Source of the DNA: Naegleria gruberi
Lineage: Eukaryota
DNA length: 3,944 nucleotides
Reading direction: 5' to 3' (one strand)
Assembly (NCBI GenBank): GCA_000004985.1
Contig: GG739202.1
The translations under genes and the position numbers were made by a program. Below are positions 1 through 3,944 of the stretch, one piece after another. How positions within the stretch are numbered: the first letter of the stretch is position 1; every line of letters begins with the position of its first letter. Below the pieces are notes generated by a model that had not been told where the DNA came from, searched no databases, and worked only from the letters and a program-made list of their open reading frames with translations.

Positions 1-152
1 TCTTTTATTTCATCATCATCATTCAATGGCAAAGTGGGATTATTAAAGGCTCTTTTAAAATCTTCCATCTTTTGTATTTTCTTCATTTCCCATTTTGAAA
101 TGGTATCAATATTTGCATCATTATGAATATATTCCTTTCTCTTTAGAGTCAT
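1..152 (-). CDS. Hypothetical protein, N-terminal 50 codons only. The gene continues beyond the left edge of the window (or into an intron).
   Basis: The reverse complement of 1-152 reads ATG(152-150) MTLKRKEYIHNDANIDTISKWEMKKIQKMEDFKRAFNNPTLPLNDDDEIK with no stop down to position 3. An in-frame stop (TGA, revcomp of 180-182) lies just upstream, so 152 is the first ATG of the frame. The start context on the minus strand is aataataaaaATG, typical of dictyostelids. The ORF was too short or edge-truncated for the supplied ORF track. I recognise no domain. Confidence 0.45.
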   Translation of the reverse strand, partial: MTLKRKEYIHNDANIDTISKWEMKKIQKMEDFKRAFNNPTLPLNDDDEIK

Positions 153-401
153 TTTTATTATTGTGAAAATTGTTAAATGTCATTAATTATTATCATGTAA
201 TTAGTTACTTTCGAATAGAGGATGTGATTATTGTCAGTTGACCAAGTTCATGAGAATACAGTATGATTTGAAGGCTTTAGAAATTAAGATTGTATTTAAC
301 TTTCAAAGAACACGATACAGCCTTTTAACATTTTCCAAAGCAAAAAAAAAGCCTCAACAAGTCAATTAAATAACCTTTTTCTCCCTCACTTAATCACAAC
401 A
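153..401. promoter_or_regulatory. Shared 249-bp intergenic region between the head-to-head minus-strand gene (ATG 152) and plus-strand gene (ATG 402). Presumed bidirectional promoter and 5' UTRs. Contains an A9 tract at 342-350.
   Basis: It lies between two divergently oriented start codons. It is non-coding in all frames over most of its length. The A-run gcAAAAAAAAAgcc is at 342-350. Its position is the only evidence. No specific motif was recognised. Confidence 0.4.
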
Positions 402-749
402 ATGGACTCAAACAAGCCTTCAACTCATCATCATCATGCTATAATGATACAACAATTGCATGAACATTCAATCAATGTAGATTTGACTAATCCATATATT
501 CTTCCTCCTCCTATTTATTCTCAAATTGCATTTCCTGTTAACAAATCTGAAACTAGCCTATTTCAACAACCTATGAACAATTCTCAACAACAACTATTTG
601 ATACCACCAACATTACTACTGCTACCCCTAATGCACCTAATACTCCTACTATTACCAATGTTCATGAATCATCAAGTAAGAAGAGGAAGGCTAAATCCAA
701 AGCCTATGAAATTGTCGATTCTACTACCATCACTGCTACTCCTAAATCA
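402..749 (+). CDS. Hypothetical low-complexity protein (H4 run, Gln/Asn/Thr-rich, basic SKKRKAKSK patch). 5' portion only (116 codons), truncated by the assembly gap.
   Basis: An ATG at 402 opens a frame that stays open to the first N at 750: MDSNKPSTHHHHAIMIQQLHEHSINVDLTNPYILPPPIYSQIAFPVNKSETSLFQQPMNNSQQQLFDTTNITTATPNAPNTPTITNVHESSSKKRKAKSKAYEIVDSTTITATPKS. The composition is typical of dictyostelid proteins. The 783-aa ORF in the track is an artefact of translating N as X. The true 3' end is unknown. Confidence 0.55.
426..437 (+). repeat. (CAT)4 trinucleotide repeat encoding His4 in the upstream hypothetical protein. The same CAT/ATC/ATG repeat unit also occurs at 11-22 and 3518-3529.
   Basis: Seen directly. 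Confidence 0.85.
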
Positions 750-2712
750 NNNNNNNNNNNNNNNNNNNNNNNNNNNNNNNNNNNNNNNNNNNNNNNNNNN
801 NNNNNNNNNNNNNNNNNNNNNNNNNNNNNNNNNNNNNNNNNNNNNNNNNNNNNNNNNNNNNNNNNNNNNNNNNNNNNNNNNNNNNNNNNNNNNNNNNNNN
901 NNNNNNNNNNNNNNNNNNNNNNNNNNNNNNNNNNNNNNNNNNNNNNNNNNNNNNNNNNNNNNNNNNNNNNNNNNNNNNNNNNNNNNNNNNNNNNNNNNNN
1001 NNNNNNNNNNNNNNNNNNNNNNNNNNNNNNNNNNNNNNNNNNNNNNNNNNNNNNNNNNNNNNNNNNNNNNNNNNNNNNNNNNNNNNNNNNNNNNNNNNNN
1101 NNNNNNNNNNNNNNNNNNNNNNNNNNNNNNNNNNNNNNNNNNNNNNNNNNNNNNNNNNNNNNNNNNNNNNNNNNNNNNNNNNNNNNNNNNNNNNNNNNNN
1201 NNNNNNNNNNNNNNNNNNNNNNNNNNNNNNNNNNNNNNNNNNNNNNNNNNNNNNNNNNNNNNNNNNNNNNNNNNNNNNNNNNNNNNNNNNNNNNNNNNNN
1301 NNNNNNNNNNNNNNNNNNNNNNNNNNNNNNNNNNNNNNNNNNNNNNNNNNNNNNNNNNNNNNNNNNNNNNNNNNNNNNNNNNNNNNNNNNNNNNNNNNNN
1401 NNNNNNNNNNNNNNNNNNNNNNNNNNNNNNNNNNNNNNNNNNNNNNNNNNNNNNNNNNNNNNNNNNNNNNNNNNNNNNNNNNNNNNNNNNNNNNNNNNNN
1501 NNNNNNNNNNNNNNNNNNNNNNNNNNNNNNNNNNNNNNNNNNNNNNNNNNNNNNNNNNNNNNNNNNNNNNNNNNNNNNNNNNNNNNNNNNNNNNNNNNNN
1601 NNNNNNNNNNNNNNNNNNNNNNNNNNNNNNNNNNNNNNNNNNNNNNNNNNNNNNNNNNNNNNNNNNNNNNNNNNNNNNNNNNNNNNNNNNNNNNNNNNNN
1701 NNNNNNNNNNNNNNNNNNNNNNNNNNNNNNNNNNNNNNNNNNNNNNNNNNNNNNNNNNNNNNNNNNNNNNNNNNNNNNNNNNNNNNNNNNNNNNNNNNNN
1801 NNNNNNNNNNNNNNNNNNNNNNNNNNNNNNNNNNNNNNNNNNNNNNNNNNNNNNNNNNNNNNNNNNNNNNNNNNNNNNNNNNNNNNNNNNNNNNNNNNNN
1901 NNNNNNNNNNNNNNNNNNNNNNNNNNNNNNNNNNNNNNNNNNNNNNNNNNNNNNNNNNNNNNNNNNNNNNNNNNNNNNNNNNNNNNNNNNNNNNNNNNNN
2001 NNNNNNNNNNNNNNNNNNNNNNNNNNNNNNNNNNNNNNNNNNNNNNNNNNNNNNNNNNNNNNNNNNNNNNNNNNNNNNNNNNNNNNNNNNNNNNNNNNNN
2101 NNNNNNNNNNNNNNNNNNNNNNNNNNNNNNNNNNNNNNNNNNNNNNNNNNNNNNNNNNNNNNNNNNNNNNNNNNNNNNNNNNNNNNNNNNNNNNNNNNNN
2201 NNNNNNNNNNNNNNNNNNNNNNNNNNNNNNNNNNNNNNNNNNNNNNNNNNNNNNNNNNNNNNNNNNNNNNNNNNNNNNNNNNNNNNNNNNNNNNNNNNNN
2301 NNNNNNNNNNNNNNNNNNNNNNNNNNNNNNNNNNNNNNNNNNNNNNNNNNNNNNNNNNNNNNNNNNNNNNNNNNNNNNNNNNNNNNNNNNNNNNNNNNNN
2401 NNNNNNNNNNNNNNNNNNNNNNNNNNNNNNNNNNNNNNNNNNNNNNNNNNNNNNNNNNNNNNNNNNNNNNNNNNNNNNNNNNNNNNNNNNNNNNNNNNNN
2501 NNNNNNNNNNNNNNNNNNNNNNNNNNNNNNNNNNNNNNNNNNNNNNNNNNNNNNNNNNNNNNNNNNNNNNNNNNNNNNNNNNNNNNNNNNNNNNNNNNNN
2601 NNNNNNNNNNNNNNNNNNNNNNNNNNNNNNNNNNNNNNNNNNNNNNNNNNNNNNNNNNNNNNNNNNNNNNNNNNNNNNNNNNNNNNNNNNNNNNNNNNNN
2701 NNNNNNNNNNNN
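750..2712. other. Assembly gap or masked region, 1963 consecutive N.
   Basis: An uninterrupted run of n from 750 to 2712. The length is probably an estimate, so frame relationships across it are meaningless. Confidence 0.99.
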
Positions 2713-2798
2713 TGAAATATTCCTTTTATCAATTAATCATTATCACTTCATGATCAACAAGAAGCATTTAAAATTTTATTTTTAAATTTAAAAAAAAA
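2713..2798. promoter_or_regulatory. AT-rich upstream region and 5' UTR of the PRP39-like gene, with an A9 tract (2790-2798) directly abutting the ATG.
   Basis: The sequence ...aaattttatttttaaatttAAAAAAAAAATGG matches the classic dictyostelid A-rich translation-start context. There is no long ORF. Whether 2713-2753 belongs to the 3' end of the upstream gene cannot be judged because of the gap. Confidence 0.35.
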
Positions 2799-3944
2799 AT
2801 GGATCATCAACATACAACAATAACAAATCCATCCTCAACATCAGCATCAACATCTTTAAAAACACCACAAGATTATATTAAAGAATATGAATTAATACTA
2901 TTAAATAATCCTAATGATTATTATACTTGGGAGAAGTATATTAAAGTATTAGAAATTGAAGAATCTAGTGATAAAGTATTAAAAGGCTATGAAAAATTTC
3001 TTGAACAATTTCCATTATTATTTGGATATTGGAAAAAGTATGCAACATTAACCTATCAAGTAACACAATCCTATGAAAAGACAATTCAAGTCTATGAAAA
3101 GAGTGTTGATAAAAAGACAGGTATATTTAATAATCCAGATTTATGGGCAAATTATTGTTTATTTGTTGCTGAACAATCACCTGATGTTAATGAAATTAGA
3201 AATTTATTTGAAAAGGCTATTCAAATTATTGGTAATGATTATTATGCTAGAACTTTATGGGAAAATTATATTGAATTTGAAATTTCACAAGATGAATATG
3301 AAAAAGTTGTAAAATTATACAAGAGAGCAATTCAAGTACCATGTAGAGATTTAACTTTAATTTGGTCTCAATTTAAAGATTTTTTAAAAAAACATTATGA
3401 TAATATTACTACAGTTCAAATACAAGTATTAATAATACAAGTAGTGTGGTGTGTGGTGGTGTTGGTGATGGTAATAGTATTAATAATACTACTAATAATA
3501 ATACTACTGATACATTGTCATCATCATCAAATGTAGATGTAAATTCCAATCAAAATGTTAATATAAAACAAATAATACAAACAAGTGAAGAAGAAGCAAT
3601 TTATCAACAATCACAAAAATTGAATGATTTAACAAGTTATTGGAGAGAACAATTATATATGCCAACTAAAAAAGAATTGGAAAGAATTCGTTCATTTGAA
3701 GATTTAATACGTAGACCATATTTTCATCCACAACCATTTCAAGATTATGAATTGGAACATTTTAGAAAATATATTGAAAATGAAAAGAATGAATATTATC
3801 AAAAACAAAACAAGTGGTGTGATCAAGAACATTTAATTCAAACATTTGAAAGATTTATTGTTTATTGTTCTTATTATATTGAATTTTGGAATTTATATTT
3901 TAATTTTTTAAAATCTGAAAATTTAAATTTAAATGAATTATATG
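2799..3944 (+). CDS. prpf39: Pre-mRNA-processing factor 39 (PRP39/PRPF39)-like HAT-repeat splicing factor. The N-terminal roughly 380 codons are visible and the gene continues beyond the right edge. The coding frame changes between 3404 and 3534. Frame 0 runs 2799 to about 3413. Frame 2 (codons starting at coordinates congruent to 2 mod 3) runs from about 3404 to 3944.
   Basis: The frame-0 translation is MDHQHTT...YYTWEKYIKVLE...FPLLFGYWKKYATL...PDLWANYCLF...ARTLWENYIEFEISQDEYEKVVKLYKRAIQVPCRDLTLIWSQFKDFLKKHYDN. This reproduces the spacing and key residues of the N-terminal HAT repeats of metazoan PRPF39 (GYWKKYADLE, RLWEMYINWE, YDRILGIPTQ...FQRFKEH) as I remember them. The frame-2 translation further on is ...NVNIKQIIQTSEEEAIYQQSQKLNDLTSYWREQLYMPTKKELERIRSFEDLIRRPYFHPQPFQDYELEHFRKYIENEKNEYYQKQNKWCDQEHLIQTFERFIVYCSYYIEFWNLYFNFL. 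This matches the next PRPF39 block (..KRPYFHVKPL..KNWKEYLEFEIENG..ERCVISCALYEEFWIKYAKY). The ATG at 2799 is the first in the frame and has an A9 context. The similarity is judged from memory, not from a search. Confidence 0.8.
3441..3472 (+). repeat. GT/GGT-rich low-complexity tract (gtagtgtggtgtgtggtggtgttggtgatggt) inside the PRP39-like linker.
   Basis: Seen directly. The composition is unusual (G+T-rich) in an otherwise A-rich coding context. In frame 2 it encodes SVVCGGVGDG, loosely comparable to the Gly/Asp-rich linker of animal PRPF39. Confidence 0.6.
3473..3510 (+). repeat. Imperfect tandem duplication (taataatactac / taataataatactac) built from AAT/ACT codons. In frame 2 it encodes an Asn/Thr tract (NSINNTTNNNTT).
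   Basis: Seen directly. 3481-3492 taataatactac is followed by 3493-3507 taataataatactac. It is trinucleotide-based low complexity, typical of dictyostelid coding sequence. Confidence 0.6.

Noticed and set aside
205-225. ctttcgaatagagg, which is reminiscent of a tRNA T-loop (GGTTCGAATCC).
   Set aside because: It lacks the flanking GG and TCC. No acceptor or anticodon stem complements could be found around it. It is a chance match in the intergenic region.
402-2753. ORFs of 783 aa and 705 aa (plus strand) and 661 aa (minus strand) in the supplied track.
   Set aside because: They exist only because N is translated as X across the 1963-nt gap. The only real sequence in them is 402-749 and a few codons at 2713-2753. 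The stated gap length is not reliable for frame.
3073-3312. 79-aa ORF on the plus strand in an alternative frame (MKRQFKSMKRVLIKRQ...).
   Set aside because: It lies entirely inside the well-conserved PRP39 HAT-repeat exon in another frame. It is a Lys/Leu/Ile-rich out-of-frame read-through typical of AT-rich DNA.
3426-3441. gtattaataatacaag, which looks like a miniature GT..AG intron right at the frame transition.
   Set aside because: At 16 nt it is below any spliceosomal minimum. Its length is also the wrong phase (1 mod 3, while 2 mod 3 is needed).
3414-3533. Hydrophobic stretch VQIQVLIIQVVWCVVVLVMVIVLIILLIIILLIHCHHH at the end of the frame-0 ORF, which superficially resembles a transmembrane helix.
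   Set aside because: It is the out-of-frame reading of an (AAT/ACT/GGT)-rich linker, where T in the second codon position gives Val/Leu/Ile. A splicing factor has no reason to carry a TM segment. Frame 2 gives a plausible Asn/Thr/Ser/Gly linker and connects to the downstream conserved blocks.
3533-3585. Candidate 53-nt intron (GTAGAT...ACAAG), the only GT..AG pair with the right phase to join frame 0 to frame 2.
   Set aside because: It is very short. Its 5' site is non-consensus (GTAGAT rather than GTAAGT or GTATGT). It would excise NVNIKQIIQTS, which aligns plausibly with the IIEIHQEMF region of PRPF39, and would retain the implausible hydrophobic frame-0 tail. It is kept only as a low-probability alternative.
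1-3944. Any prokaryotic-style defence or mobile system (CRISPR repeats, toxin-antitoxin, integrase, IS elements).
   Set aside because: The sequence is clearly eukaryotic (dictyostelid-like). There are no direct-repeat and spacer arrays, no terminal inverted repeats and no transposase-like ORFs in the visible 1981 nt. Nothing can be said about the gap.

Overview
This window looks like nuclear DNA from a social amoeba (dictyostelid, Dictyostelium-like). It is AT-rich, coding codons carry A/T in the third position, start codons sit in an AAAAATG context, and the coding sequence contains Asn/Thr/Gln/His/Ser homopolymer tracts. It is not a prokaryotic locus. About half the window (750-2712, 1963 nt) is an assembly gap of N, so the six-frame ORFs drawn through it are artefacts. 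Outside the gap I can support three protein-coding genes. (1) A minus-strand gene whose ATG is at 152 and which runs off the left edge; only 50 codons are visible and the product is unknown. (2) A divergently transcribed plus-strand gene starting at 402 that encodes a low-complexity protein (H4 run, Thr/Asn-rich, basic KKRKAKSK motif); it is truncated by the gap after 116 codons. (3) A plus-strand gene starting at 2799 that I recognise as a PRP39/PRPF39-type HAT-repeat (half-a-TPR) pre-mRNA splicing factor (U1 snRNP-associated); it continues past the right edge. Its reading frame switches from frame 0 to frame 2 (coordinate mod 3) somewhere in 3404-3534, inside a low-complexity linker. No canonical GT..AG intron of suitable length and phase explains the switch, so it is either an assembly indel or an unusual splice. 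I see no RNA genes, transposons, CRISPR arrays or anything resembling a novel multi-gene system. The most consequential unknown is what lies in the 2 kb gap.
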